Source: Camelus dromedarius (lineage: Eukaryota). From it: a stretch of 64,000 bases of DNA. A model generated the notes under the pieces. The model was not told where the DNA came from. It saw only the letters and a list, made by a program, of their open reading frames with translations, and did no database searches. The position numbers and the translations under genes were made by a program. Positions 13,108 through 25,734 of this stretch are shown piece by piece. The number at the start of each line of letters is the position of its first letter. The first letter of the stretch is position 1. The DNA is taken from NCBI RefSeq assembly GCF_036321535.1, contig NC_087436.1, forward strand, positions 57,662,001 through 57,726,000, given 5' to 3'.

Positions 13108-13532
13108 ATTTTTTGAAGTATAGTTAATTTATAATATTGTATTACTTCCAGACGTACAGCATAGTAATTATTTTTATAGATTATACTCCATTAAAAGTTA
13201 TTACAAAATAATGGCAATAATTCCCTGTGCTGTACAATATATCATTGTTGCTTATCTATTTTATACATAGTACTTGGTGTCTCTTAATCTCATACCCTTA
13301 TGGTGCCCTTCCCTGCTTCCCTCTCCCCACTGGTAACCACTAGTTTATCTTCTGTTATCTGAGTCTGTTTCTGTTTTGCTATATCTATGTGTTTGTTGTA
13401 ATTTTTAGATTCCACATATAAATACCATACAGTATTTGCCTTTCCCAGTCTGACTTCACTTAGCATAATATTCTCTAAGCCCATCCACACTGTTGCAAAT
13501 GGCAGAATTTCATTCTTTTTTTAATGGCTAAT
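13108..13532 (-). mobile_element. 5'-truncated L1 (artiodactyl-type 3' end)
   Basis: ttttgaagtatagttaatttataatattgt...ccccactggtaaccactagttt...ttagattccacatata...gacttcacttagcataata...ttgcaaatggcagaatttcattc. ORF 13290..13490 (MWMGLENIMLSEV...) is the L1 ORF2/3'UTR remnant. Degenerate TSD aagaatggtattaattt / aagaacagcattagttt. Confidence 0.88.
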
Positions 13533-13629
13533 ATGAAGAACAGCATTAGTTTGATTATGGCTTAGCACACGATAAGGGAATTAACAATCCAATTAAGACA
13601 AGTACTAAGGATATTGTTACTACTACTGC

Positions 13630-13975
13630 CACTACAATTTAACATTTATATAATGTTTACTATGAGCTAAATACTTTTTTTTAATTGAAGTACAGTCAAT
13701 TACAATGTGTCAATTTGGTTACAATCTGGTGTACAGCACAATGTCCCAGTCATTCATATACATATATATATTCATTTTCATAATCTTTTTCATTAAAGGT
13801 TTCCATGTTTAATTCAATTAATCTTCACAAAGATTCTGTGAAGTAAATACCACCATTATTTTTATTTTATAGATAAGAAAATTGAGACACAGATTAAGTA
13901 ACTTGCCTAAGGTCATATAGCTAAGATCCCGGATTCCAATCCAGGCAGGTTGTCTCCAGAGTCAACGTAATATGA
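13630..13975 (-). mobile_element. MIR SINE split by the L1 fragment
   Basis: aacatttatataatgtttactatgagc [L1] aatcttcacaaagattctgtgaagta...ttttatagataagaaaattgagacacagattaagtaacttgcctaaggtcatatagcta...ccaggcaggttgtctccagagtc. Confidence 0.8.
13675..13801 (-). mobile_element. Short young L1 3' terminus inserted in a MIR
   Basis: tttttttaattgaagtacagtcaattacaatgtgtcaatt...ctggtgtacagcacaatgtcccagtcat...ctttttcattaaaggtt; MIR sequence on both sides. Confidence 0.75.
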
Positions 13976-14454
13976 ACATAATTACTTTCCCTCTCCAAAT
14001 AATTAGCCCACTACCACAGTATTGTTCTAGGGGAATCCATAATTCCTCCCCTGATTTGAAATGATTCCTGCATATGCCTAATTCATACAGTTACACAAAC
14101 ACCCACAGACACACACATTCTGGAATTTCTATGCTTTTCTATTGGTCTAATTACATACAATTTTCATTATATTTTTATGTCAATATGTACAATTAATTTC
14201 TTGCTTTCCCTTTTTCTCAACCTTCAGATTTTTTGAGCTATAATCATTCAAATGTATCTCCAAATGTATTTGAAATCATTCTCATAAATTCATAAAATCT
14301 AGGATTCTAAATGGACTCAAAAATAACATTATTTACTTTAGTCAGAAATAATATTTTAACAAAGTCTTTGGATCTAAGAATACTATACTTTTTCATTTAT
14401 TCTAGTCTATTTATTCAGGTCTAATTTTCTTTCAAAATATGTTATTTTAAAAAA

Positions 14455-16620
14455 ACAGTGATTTTCTGTAACAGAACCACGGTACTGTTATCAAATTCAA
14501 GAAATTTAGCATCGATACCATACTTTAATCTGCACTCCGTGTTACAACATTGTCATTGGTCCCAATACTGTCCGTCCTAACAAGTTAGTGCAGGATCATG
14601 TCTTGCAGTTAGTTGTGTCTCTTAGTCTCCTTACATCTATAACAGCATTGGAACAATCTGTTCTCTAAAGGACTGGTTGAGTTCACCTGTGAAGCACTCT
14701 AGGCCTGGTCCTTTTTTGTATAGTTCTTTGATAACTTTTTTTGTGGAACTTGGTCTAAGTTCTCTACTTCTTATTTGATTGGAGTAGCTAATGATTTGTC
14801 TCTTTTGTTGCTATTTCCTAAACACCAGAATTTAATTTATTAATTTAATCTACTTTTAAAAATCATTTACCTTATTACTTTCTCCTTTTATTTTTATCTT
14901 CCTTATATCTTCTATTAAAATTTGTTGTACTTTTTCTAGCTTTTGAAGATGTAATTCAACATATTTATTTCCTTTCTTTCTTTTTTATTGATACGGATTT
15001 TTAAGACCATGAATCACTTCTTTATATATTCCCTGCAGGTTCAGATATGTAGTGTTTTCATTACCGTTACTTAAAAAATTCTGTAATTTACATCTGCATT
15101 TCTCCTTTCTCCAAAGAATTGTTTAATAGAGACTGTCTTAATTTCTGATGGAAAGATTTTTTGATTTTTTGTTTTTTTCTAGTTTTATTGTATTTGATCA
15201 GAGAAATTGATTTGACACATACCTCCTCAGTGGAACTAAATGGTGTTTTCTGTGGGACCTAATCTATGACTTTTGTTAATGTTCATGTGTGCTTGAGAAG
15301 ATAGTATATTATCAGGATGTTGTATTTAATATATTTAAAAAGATATATTTTATTATTTATATTATTTATTATTGTTTGAATTTTGTTATTTTACTGTGTT
15401 TTTCTGGTATGTTTTTCCTACTGTTTTCTTTTTAGAAAGGTTTGTACTTTTGTTATAATGGTTAACTTTACATTTATACCTTTTATAGTACCCTTACTCT
15501 TCACCTTTTTTTCCCCTTTACCTTTTTAGTTTTAAATGAAATAGGTGACTTCCACTTACTCTCTACACTACAGTTAATAATGATGTCCTATTTTCCTCTT
15601 TCTTCTCCTCTTTTCCTCCCATTGTTTAATAAAGCCATCCTTTCATTTTTACAACATATGGTGATATCATATTGTTACTTAACTGTGTTTTTAACCTTGT
15701 TTTAGTAACAGTTCTACAATTAAATATATTAAATGATCACTATTAGTCATTTTGCCAAGTTTCTTGTGTTATCTCTTGGCTGAATGAAGCTCATACTCGA
15801 GTGGTTTCACCAGGAGTGGCTCAAGTGTCCACTTTTCTCTTAGTGCTTGTTAGTTTAAAACTATTTTCTCCATGGCTATGAAGGAGATTTTGGTTGGATA
15901 TAAAATCTTTGGCTTGCATATTTTTGAACAAAATTCTTGATAGTGCTTCTCTAGTGCTGGCTTGCTCTGTGTGTTACTCTTGAGAAGTCTCTAGTGATTT
16001 AATATTTTACTATTAAAAGTACTTTGATCTTTTTGCCTTGAGGAATTTTTTTGGTCTTTGCCTTTTAAGGCTATTAATTGTTCTAAAATGTAGCTCAGAG
16101 TTTATTGTCCTGGATCAGCTTTTCTATGAACATGAAGTATCTTTGTTTTATTTTATAGAAAGTTTTCTTAGATTATGAATTTAAATATTAATTGTATCAT
16201 TGTGTTGCTTTTCTTCTTCAGAGATATCAAAAAAAAAAATATATATATATATGCTTTTATATATGCTTTTCTGGCCTACTTTCCATTTTGATTCTTTCAC
16301 TCTCAATCTTTTTAATTCTTTATTTCATTTTAATTATTTTTCCTTGTCTTTCTTCAATGTAACTTAATCTAATCTCCTTTGAGCAATTTGTAAGTTATAT
16401 CTTAATGATTTTTGTCTTTTATTCTGCTTTTCAATATATATCCTGAGGTGGTTGCATTCCTTCGTCCTTTGGCCATTTCAATGATTAGCTTTTGAATTTC
16501 TGATTCTGTTAGATTTTTCTTTTTAAGACATTTCAAATGCTTGTTTGAAATGTTTAATTCAGTTTGAAGTGTTATGTTACAAGTTTATCCTGCTTTGTGG
16601 TTTTCTATGTGAGGAGAATA
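14455..16620 (-). mobile_element. Old, decayed L1 fragments (L1MC-like 3' piece followed by ORF2/ORF1-region remnants)
   Basis: T-rich strand with caggatcatgtcttgcagttagttgtgtctcttagtctcc, gagttcacctgtgaagcactctaggcctgg, catgtgtgcttgagaagatagtatatt, ttggttggatataaaatctttggc. Confidence 0.65.
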
Positions 16621-17569
16621 TTGATCAACTTTTAAAATGTAGTGACATAAAATGTATTGACAAGTTCCAGACTTGTGTTCAGCACATTAACACTTGGTAT
16701 TAAACTTTCTCTCTTTCTGGGGGTTATTTTGGCTCAGCTTCATGCACATTCTCTGCTGCCTTCTTTCTTATGAAGTCACTTATACCTTCCCTCCCCTTTC
16801 TTCTTACCTATAGACTTTGGCTGGAACTCTGGTGTTATCTCTATTTGAATCTGATACTTAAATCAAATATGGCAATAAATGAAAATTTTCTAGGGTCACC
16901 TGATAAAGCTACAATTTCTTGGGGGTATGCTTTCCTGAAAGCTGACAACTTCTCATTTCACAGACATATCCTTCATTAATTTAGGGTAACACATTAAATT
17001 TTCCTCTATTGTTACATTTATTTGGTCATATCATTTGAGATCTGAAAAGGAGAAGGTAGATGCTTATGCTTGCTTTGACATCTTAAGGGAATAGAAGTCT
17101 CAAAAATTCCTAAAATTTCTATAATGGAATAATTTGTAAAAATGCCTTTCAAGCTTAGTAGAGACATAAAGAAGAATATTTGGCAGGGTTCAAACCTAAC
17201 AAGTCAGTGAATATTGTTGTCAAGTACTTATTTGTAAGTTAAACATTTTCCAAGTTTTAGCTGTTAAAAATGTAAGAAAAGAAATTTACTAAATTGGATT
17301 TCCAGTGAAATGTATTAATTTTTCAGGTAAGTTAAACCATAAGAGTCCATTGAACTCAACCTGGAAGACAGGTCAATGCAAAAACAAAACAGAATAAAAC
17401 AGGAAAATGTACACACTGCAGCGCTGGCTAATAAGTTTGTCAACTATAAAGCACAGAAAAGCAAACTTAAGATGAAAAATAAATTTAGACATTGAACTGT
17501 AAAAGCAGTATATAAATACATTTTAGTTTTCAGAAGGTCAAATGATATAAAATCAGCCCATTCTCTTTC

Positions 17570-18010
17570 TACAAGTGAAAGAAATGCTCAAAATACCACT
17601 GTCTTCAATATTAGCATAGAAGTTCCACAGCTGACAGTCCCAGGCTGATAAGGCTCCCAGGATTAGGAAACAGACTCCTATTCTCTTGTCATTCCACTCT
17701 CCTCAGTACAGGGCTTCCCAACTCATGGTTTAAGATGGCTGTTTGAACAACAGTCCTCCTACTAACCTTCCAGTGAGGAGGAATGAGGAGGATCAGAATA
17801 AGAATAAGAATCCCCTCCTTAAGAACATTTTCCAGAAGCTTCACATGACACATTTGTTTAATTCTCACTGGTTAGAACTTAGTCACGACCGCACAAGATC
17901 AGGAGAAAAGCTGAGAAATGTATATTGCGGATGGTCTGTATTTGGCTACAAATTCAGGAGCTATGTTACTAAGAGGGGAGGGATCAGATCAATGAGCAGT
18001 CTCTTCCACA
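17570..18010 (-). mobile_element. MaLR LTR (MLT1J/K-like)
   Basis: catggtttaagatggctg...ttctcactggttagaacttagtcacgaccgcac...aagctgagaaatgta...cagtctcttccaca terminus. Confidence 0.7.
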
Positions 18011-18654
18011 TTTCCCCATGGAGAACCATTGTTTCAAGATTGATGCCTGTCCCTTTAGTCTCTTTTCTATTTCTACATATGCTCATGCCTACATATTTTT
18101 CCCAAAATTTGATCAAACTTCATAATATAATATAATGTATTTGAGTAATATGCACATACACACACAGAGCTATTCAATCTTTCAAAAGCCTGCACAGAAT
18201 TTAGAGCAACTATTTTGTCACCTTTGAATTTTCAGCACAGAAATAGCAGATCGTAGGTACTCAACAAGTACTTATGATTATGATGGTACTTTGATAAAGT
18301 TAATCATTTTCCCTTGAAGAATTTTTAGGATGTTTCCTCTTTCTTGCCTATTACGAGCCATGGAATTTCATCTCGCAATTTGTATTCAATTGAAAATTGC
18401 TTCTTGGAGCTGACCACACTATTTCTAGAAACATATTTTTCATTATTTCAATAGATGTTTTGTCTCTGACACCACCGTAGTGATAAAACAGTATTATTTA
18501 GTTTAGTTTTTATGTTGTCATTATTAGCCTTATTTCTAAGCCTCTTGCCAGAAACCACACACATTCCTTTGAGCTCTCTCTTCACAACCACTCCTCCCCC
18601 ACACTGCCATGGGCATAATGTTAAAGTCCTTCTAGAAATAGTTTAGTTTTCACT

Positions 18655-18656
<2 letters not shown>

Positions 18657-18738
<82 letters not shown>
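18657..18738 (+). repeat. Compound microsatellite (TC)24(TA)9(CA)8
   Basis: Direct reading. Confidence 0.95.
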
Positions 18739-19584
18739 TATCTATCCTTTTTTGCTGTTCTTCTGTATCTCTCATATAGCACTTATCCCATAAATACCAA
18801 TTTTATCTTCTCAGTTATAAACTTCTTGAGGCAGGAGCTTTATTGTCATAGTTTTCTATCCCCCTAAATATTTTTCACACTGCTTTGCCCACAGTAGATT
18901 TCCAAAACAGATCTGTTGACTTACTTGCTCTTTGCTATGTGGGAAGAGAAATAGGTGTTTTTATACCACCCTAAGTTTTGGAAGGAAAGGAATAGATTTC
19001 AAGGCTGTATACTACCTAAAGAAGTCTCTGTCATTATGAAGAAGTCTCTGACTTTACAGGTTTTTTCCATATCAAGCTATCAGCCCGGCTGCCTGACTTC
19101 AGTAGTCTGGATTTTAATGTTTTCAGCTCACGTAGGTGGTGTGAACCTCCACATACGCTAGCTGTACAACCCTGTACAAGGGTGGCACTGCCCTCCTTGT
19201 TCTGAGGACAGATCTACGGTTCAGAGAAAGTAAACAGCTTGCCCAAGGTAATAAGTGAACAAACTGTGAAGTTGGCCACGCCCACCATTCTGTGCTTGCT
19301 ACATCTGATAAGCTTTTTGCTAGTATGGTTTCTGTGTAAACTCTTTCTCCTAACTACTTACCCAGAAATTATCCACCACTCCATTTCTTTACCTTTTGGC
19401 ACAGATGAGCGTTTATATTCCTACTCTTATTTTTCGACTCCAGATTGGCCCCTAAGCAATACTCAGACCCAGGTAGTACTTGGGAAAAAGAGATGAACAG
19501 ACACAATGATGGTGCATGCATATGCGTATGAACACAGAGGCATTATTGGCAATTATAAGAACTGAATAATTCTCACACTGAATA

Positions 19585-20150
19585 AGGTGGAAAACCATTG
19601 GAGGGTTTTAGGGACAGTGTGGTATGATCTGACTGGCATTTAAAAATAATCATTTTGACTGCTGTGTTGAAGATAGACTACAGAAAGAAAAAGCTGTAGT
19701 ATGGTGGATAGTTAAGAGGGTAGGCAAGGAGGTAAAATGGTGGCTTGCATCAGAGGGTAGTGGTGGAGTGGTAAGAAGTGGTCCTATTTAGGACACAATT
19801 CAGGTTTATAGCCGGAGAAGACTGCCGGTGCACACTGTATGAGGTGTAACAGAGACAGGAGGAGTCACGGATAACTCCAAGGTTTCAGACTGCGTCACGT
19901 GGAGACTGGAGTCGCCACACACTATGACAGGCAAGGCTGTGGGCAGAGCAGGTGGGGGTGGGGGTAAAACCGGGAATTCAGTTTTGAACATGTTACGTTT
20001 GAGGTACCCATTAGACATCTAAGAGGAAATGCCAAATAGTAGTAAGAACTATAAGCCTGCAGTTCAGATGAGAGGTCTGGGCTAAAGAAACAAATCTGAA
20101 ATCTGTCTACTTACAGATGGTAATTCAATCCTCGAGAATGGCTTGTGGAA
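19585..20150 (-). mobile_element. L2a LINE fragment
   Basis: ccattggagggttttagg...atgatctgactggcatttaaaaataatcattttgactgctgtgttgaagatagact...gaattcagttttgaacatgttacgtttgaggtacccattagacatctaag. Confidence 0.85.
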
Positions 20151-22000
20151 GTTGACGTGTGGATAGCAAAGAAAGTGTTGACGTGTGGATAGTAAAGAAA
20201 GTGTTGGCTGTCGGATCTCCCTCTTCCCTTCCTACTTCTCATCTAGCTACTTAGCTCTTAGAGAACAGGAACTCTGTTCTATGTTTTTTGTATCCCCCAC
20301 AATGCCAGCCACACATTAGGCCCCAATAAATGCTTATTGAATGCTGAGTGGGAAGCAAGTCTCAAGTTATTTATAAACTGCAGTTGTTCAGGCATTATCC
20401 TGCAGCATTAAAAGGGATTTAAAAATAATACCATGTCTGCAATTTCCAAGAGGAAAGCTACTATCTTCAAAGAAAAGGACCGTCAGAAAGAGTCACGTAG
20501 AGAGACTTTTTTAAAACTTTCTGAGAAGTCATCTGAAGGCTGCTTGTGAGCAGAGACTATAGAAGCAATCTCTGCCTGAAATGCCCAAACTGTAAATGCA
20601 CATTTCAACAAAATGCAAACCAACGATAATGACTAAAATTAAGTGAATTTTAATTTTCATAACAGTAAACTTTTCAATCATTCTAGAATTCATTTCAGCC
20701 TGCTATTAAAGATGTTTTTAGAGCTCTGCAGGGGGGAAATGTAAGTTCTCTGTAAATGAGAAAGAACTAGCTCCCACAAAGTTTGTCTTTATGAGAAGTG
20801 AACCTGTATTAAGCTGTTCACCGAGTAATTCTGTGTGGTGTTTGGTGAAATACAGATTGAGTGAGAGACACGTTAGATGTCCTCACACACCTACTGGGAG
20901 CCTCTGTGGTCACCTCGTCACTTGATACAGCTGAGACTTGTTAGGTACTCGGGTGTTTGCTTATTTTTTAATCAAGGAAACCTTTACCTATTTTGAAGTC
21001 TGTCACTATAAAATCACCAAATTACAGGACGAAACTCAGAATCATTAAGGCTTAAAACATTTACAACCTGAAGTATCCAAATGGCAGTCAAGGGTAAACC
21101 CAGAAGTATCTTTCAAGATGTGGCTCTACTTACAAATATTCATTCTGATATTAGTATGAGAATTTAAAACAAACTCCTCAAATGGGGTTGGTACATTCAT
21201 GTGAGTGGCTGTTAAATGATCCCAAATATGGTTTTGATGTTGTATAAAGGATATTTTCTATTTCTCTTCAATATTAAAGTTAAATTTTTATTTAGGAGTT
21301 AAAGTTATCAACATTGCAAACAAAACAAACAAAAAACACAGGGAAAGAAGGAGTGCATTCTCCATTGCATCAACTACTTTCTAGACCATCATAAATTATT
21401 ATCCTCTTTCTTTTGTGGTATATTTCTCCAGGTCCATAATTTCCAGGCTAACACAGGCTATTATTTCATGGAATGGGCATCCTAAATAAAAATGACCAAT
21501 CAATCTAAACACAATTCCCTAAGAGTATGTCCATAAAATCATATAGAATTTCAGGGTTGAAATGATCTTTAGAAGTTACTTAGAAGGGCCTCACCCAAAT
21601 CTGCACTCTCTTTTATGCCTGTGGAAGTTATCTTACTCATTAATTTTATCCCTACACCATGACCAAAGACAGATGAAAATCTAGGTAATAGATGGCATTT
21701 CAATAGCCAACAGTGGAATTCAGGGTTTATATATCCTCAAGTTATGAGATTTTCTCATCATAGCACCGGTCTTTATATCACCTTGGCTTTGACTGATGCA
21801 GTAGTCTTGTTAATTTATATCCTATAACTCACCAAATCTTTTTAATTCTACACATATTTTACTGAATTTTTGTTTGTCCTTGCCCATAACTTTCTTTAAA
21901 CCTGAGAGCCATTCCTGGATAGCGTCATTCCCTTTGGCAAATACTCACTCTCTGTTCTTTAGCTTTGATTCAAGACTTATTATTCACTACTTATCCATGC

Positions 22001-22140
22001 TTGCCACCTATTAGACCAAGTACTTAATGATTCAAGTCCTTTATCTGATTGAAATGCTCCTGACTGTTTGCAGTGTCTGCCAATTAAATATCACCTGCAA
22101 ATTTAGAAAATTGCTTCTACAACCATTCGCTAAGTCATTT
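22001..22140 (-). mobile_element. Ancient CR1/L3-clade LINE reverse-transcriptase remnant
   Basis: Minus strand reads, with two frameshifts and one stop, NDLANGCRSN/SKFAGDI*LADTANSQEHFNQIKDLN/LSTWSNRWQ, matching the CR1 pattern NDL..G....SKFADDTKL...AN......IQ.DL..L..W..RWQ. Confidence 0.7.
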
Positions 22141-23379
22141 GCATCTACATAATTTATTTCTTTTCACAGATCTCTTTTTATCCTTCTCTTTGGTCCACTG
22201 ATTAAGTGTTAAAAATCCTCCCTTATCAACAACAAATATTTGGGGCCATTTTTTCTCTTCTACTTACATACACACAGCTTGTGTGATTTCCCACATCTGT
22301 GCTCCAGTTCCTGCTTGTATAACCAGTGGATTATTTTTGAACACTCACTATTCAGACATACAAACATGCAATCTTATTACCACATGTACTTTTTGAACTT
22401 CTTGCCTGACTATAGCTGACATACTCTGAGATAGTCAACCAGTCCATTAACACCTGTTTTGTCTAATTTAAGAATTAAAATGTTAGTCATTGTCCAACGT
22501 AAAGTCTCTATAAAGGCTTCTTTAAGGGCTTCTTTTCTCTTTACACATTTTATTGTGACTCCCTTCGCAAAGCTACCTTTTCATTTCACAAGGCTTGTAC
22601 GCATTTGTCACTGGGCAGTTGTGTGTGTGGGGAGGAGTTCTTTGGTGAGTGGAGTTTCACTGGTGGATACAGATATTCTCAAGTCTGGTTTGCAGTAATG
22701 GAAAAATAGGGTGGAACTATGTAAGTATATTTGTGTGTGTAATGGTGGGGCTTATCTGATGATCTTCGGGCACCCAACTGAGGAACCTCTCCATTCACAA
22801 GCATGGGTCCTTACCCACTGCCTTCTCCTGATCCAGTGAGTAGCTTGCTCAAGAGGCAGCTTCTGGCCTAGTCCTAGCTAACCACCTCTGTCTTCCCTAG
22901 ATCAAAGGAATTAGCCCAAACCCGGTTTCTTAAAAAAACGGAGATTGCAATGGTGTTAATTGTTGTGCCTCCTGCCACTTGTTTTGGTGGCACAGATAGG
23001 CCCAGCTCTAGGGCCTGTCTCTACGTCTGATGTCTTCTCAGCTGCCCCAGTATTCCTCTCTCCAGTGCGGATGGGAGAGGAGGCAGCACACCATATTCTC
23101 AGGTCCTCTGAACTCTCCTACCAAGTGAGCAATCTCTTCCCGCTAGGTTTTTTGTCTCTCTTAGCAGCAAAAGTAACAGCAGTGCTCAAGTACAATAATT
23201 TCAGGCCTTCAATAATCATCTGGTGCACAATCTTCATGCTACACCAACACTCCAAATTCAGTTTTTATAATGGAGGTGAGAGGAATACATATACTTCCTA
23301 AACTTTTTTTTTTAGCCCTATACATCACTCACATAGGTTCCAAATGCACATTACTAACCATTCCTGGACAATTCTGTTA

Positions 23380-24192
23380 GGGTGTTCTTCAGCCATCTTA
23401 AAATCAAAATGTCTACAGCCAAGCTCTGAATCTCTGCTGCCCTTTTCCAATCTGTTCTCCTTCTCAATTCCCTGTTTCTGTCACTGAGTGTCCATCTGCT
23501 CATTCTCCTCTGCTACATTTCTCACCAAGTCGCAACACCTCCTTTCTCTTCTCCTCCAGCTTACCAAGTTCTAGTCATTTTTTTCTTGGAATATGGATTG
23601 ATTTCTCAAAATCTTTTTTTGTTGTTGTTGCTAATCCCCTATTGCTATTGTTTTAGTTTAGACACCCCTTAATTCCTCTCTAGATGTCTTTTTGTCTTTT
23701 CCCTTCAATTTATCTTTTCCCTTCAATCCAGTGCATCCTTGGCCTTACCTCAGTTATCTTTCTTAAACATAAGTGAAATCCCACTTTTCTGTTACAGAAA
23801 AATCTTTTATAGTTTTCACTGGCTAAATGATAAAGTTCAAACTCTTTAGCTTTGCAAGCATGCTTTTATAATTGTCCCTGTTGTTGCCTCTCTCACTCCT
23901 ACTCATCTTGAAGACCTAGCTCACATTTCTCCTCTTATGTGAAATCTTTTCAACTCCCAAGGCAGAGGCTGCCACTCTGCCCCAGGTTGCCATGGCACCC
24001 TGTACACATTACCCTATGGCATTTATCGCACTGTGTTTTTGTTATTTATTTACACATTTGTCTTCTGTGTATACTACGAGATTCTTGAAGGCAGGAACAA
24101 TGTCTTCCATTCCTTTGTATCTGTGATGCTAGGCACAGTGCCCAGAACAGACCATGCATTCAAAAACATGCGGGGATGAAAGGATGAATATA
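23380..24192 (+). mobile_element. L2 LINE fragment to 3' end
   Basis: catcttaaaatcaaaatgtctacagcc...gagattcttgaaggcaggaacaatgtctt...tgctaggcacagtgccc...gatgaaaggatgaata. Confidence 0.8.
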
Positions 24193-24285
24193 GGGCATTC
24201 TGCTTGGCATGCAACATAAACACAACTTCAGCCCTCTGGTTTCCAAAAGAGGGACTATGAAAAGAAAAGAAAAAAGGCCTCTCTT

Positions 24286-24325
24286 TCTCTCTCTCTCTCT
24301 CTCTATATATATACACACACACACA
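24286..24325 (+). repeat. Short compound microsatellite (TC)n(TA)n(CA)n
   Basis: Direct reading. Confidence 0.9.
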
Positions 24326-24919
24326 TATTCATTCTGATATTAGTATGTGAATTAAATATATAATATATATATTCCTGAGCCTTATTCCTAAAGGGTCATT
24401 TGAAAAGAAGTGAAAATGGAAGTGAAATAGGTGTACTCAGAAGATGGAATTACCAAGAGATGGGAATGGTTTGAAAGCCTTATGGGACAAAGCATGAGTT
24501 TTAGCTGGGACTGAAAATACAGGAAGATGAAGTGAGTGAGGACAGCCAAAGCAGATTAAAGCGGAATGCGATCTATATGGAGTGCGATAAAATGTGGGGA
24601 AATGAGACACAGACTGCAGAAAATAATGCATGCCTTTCTAAGGAGTTTTAAGTTGTTTTTTTTTTTTTTTAAAGGGAAAGAAGACAGGTTTTTGAGAAAA
24701 AAAGGTGAGATTTTCGGAGAATTTTAGAGATGCACTCCCTAAATCCTCTCTATGTAGTCTTACGTATCTTCAACTCATATCCATCCAAACTCCATCTGAA
24801 CCTTATTTGAGTACACAAATTTTAAAAACCTGCACTGAACAGTTTCTGAGTATAATTTCAATGCTTTTAAGACCAAGCTTACACTAGAACTCTGTTCCCC
24901 TCAGGTAAGGGGATAAAGT

Positions 24920-25155
24920 AAGGGGATAAGAACTTGGACTCTGGATCAAAACTGCCTCAGTTTGAGTTCTCCACAGCTTTGCTAAGTGACTACAGGCAAG
25001 TTACATTACCTCTATAGCCCTGCTTCATCACCACACTGTCGGGATAAGAGTGGTACCTACCTCATAGGGTGGTTGTGTTTCTGAGTGCTAATAAACGGAA
25101 AGTATATAGAATTGCTTCAGCAATAGTAAACTCTATATAAGTGCTAATAATTATT
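24920..25155 (+). mobile_element. MIR SINE
   Basis: taagaacttggactctggatcaaaactgcc...ggcaagttac...gtacctacctcatagggtggttgtg. Confidence 0.82.
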
Positions 25156-25734
25156 CTTTGGTCCACTTCAAACTATGTTTTTTCACTCCTGATGGTACTC
25201 GTCTTGTCAGTGCTGTCAAGTATGTTGCTGACTGAAATATGTGCCTCTAATTCCAAGGGCAATCTATTTTTATTGTAAAGCACAGCATATAAAATAGTTC
25301 CAAGTTATATAACACAGAGTTGTAGTGCTTTCCTTATAAAAGCACTAACCATTCATATTGCATATACTTATCTTATTTTTTTACTTTATTAATTGCCCTA
25401 CTCCATTACACTAGATTTCCTTTTAGATTTATATTGTTTAACGGTCTCCTCTTTTGAAACTCTAGGTCGTATCTTTTACAGCTTTACCTACTGTGGTCTT
25501 AGTATTTTCTTATGTATTTTATCCCTCTTCGTGTGGCAGAGAAGCAGTGAGGCTAACAGTGCTCCATAGTTTTGCAAATATTTTCTATGTTTGTAATTTA
25601 ATTCTTTATAATTTAATTTGATTATTATCATTTTTGATTTATTCATGATTTAAATTTTTGTATACATGTAACTGTTGACAGTTTCCATATAACTTATTCC
25701 ATTATTTTTAAGCCTCTGAAAGATATCTTTGTTT

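Noticed and set aside
19019..19050. Short local direct repeats (AAGAAGTCTCTG twice; also 4135-4190, 24905-24930, 45139-45167, 53571-53590)
   Set aside because: Ordinary slippage micro-duplications with no higher-order pattern.
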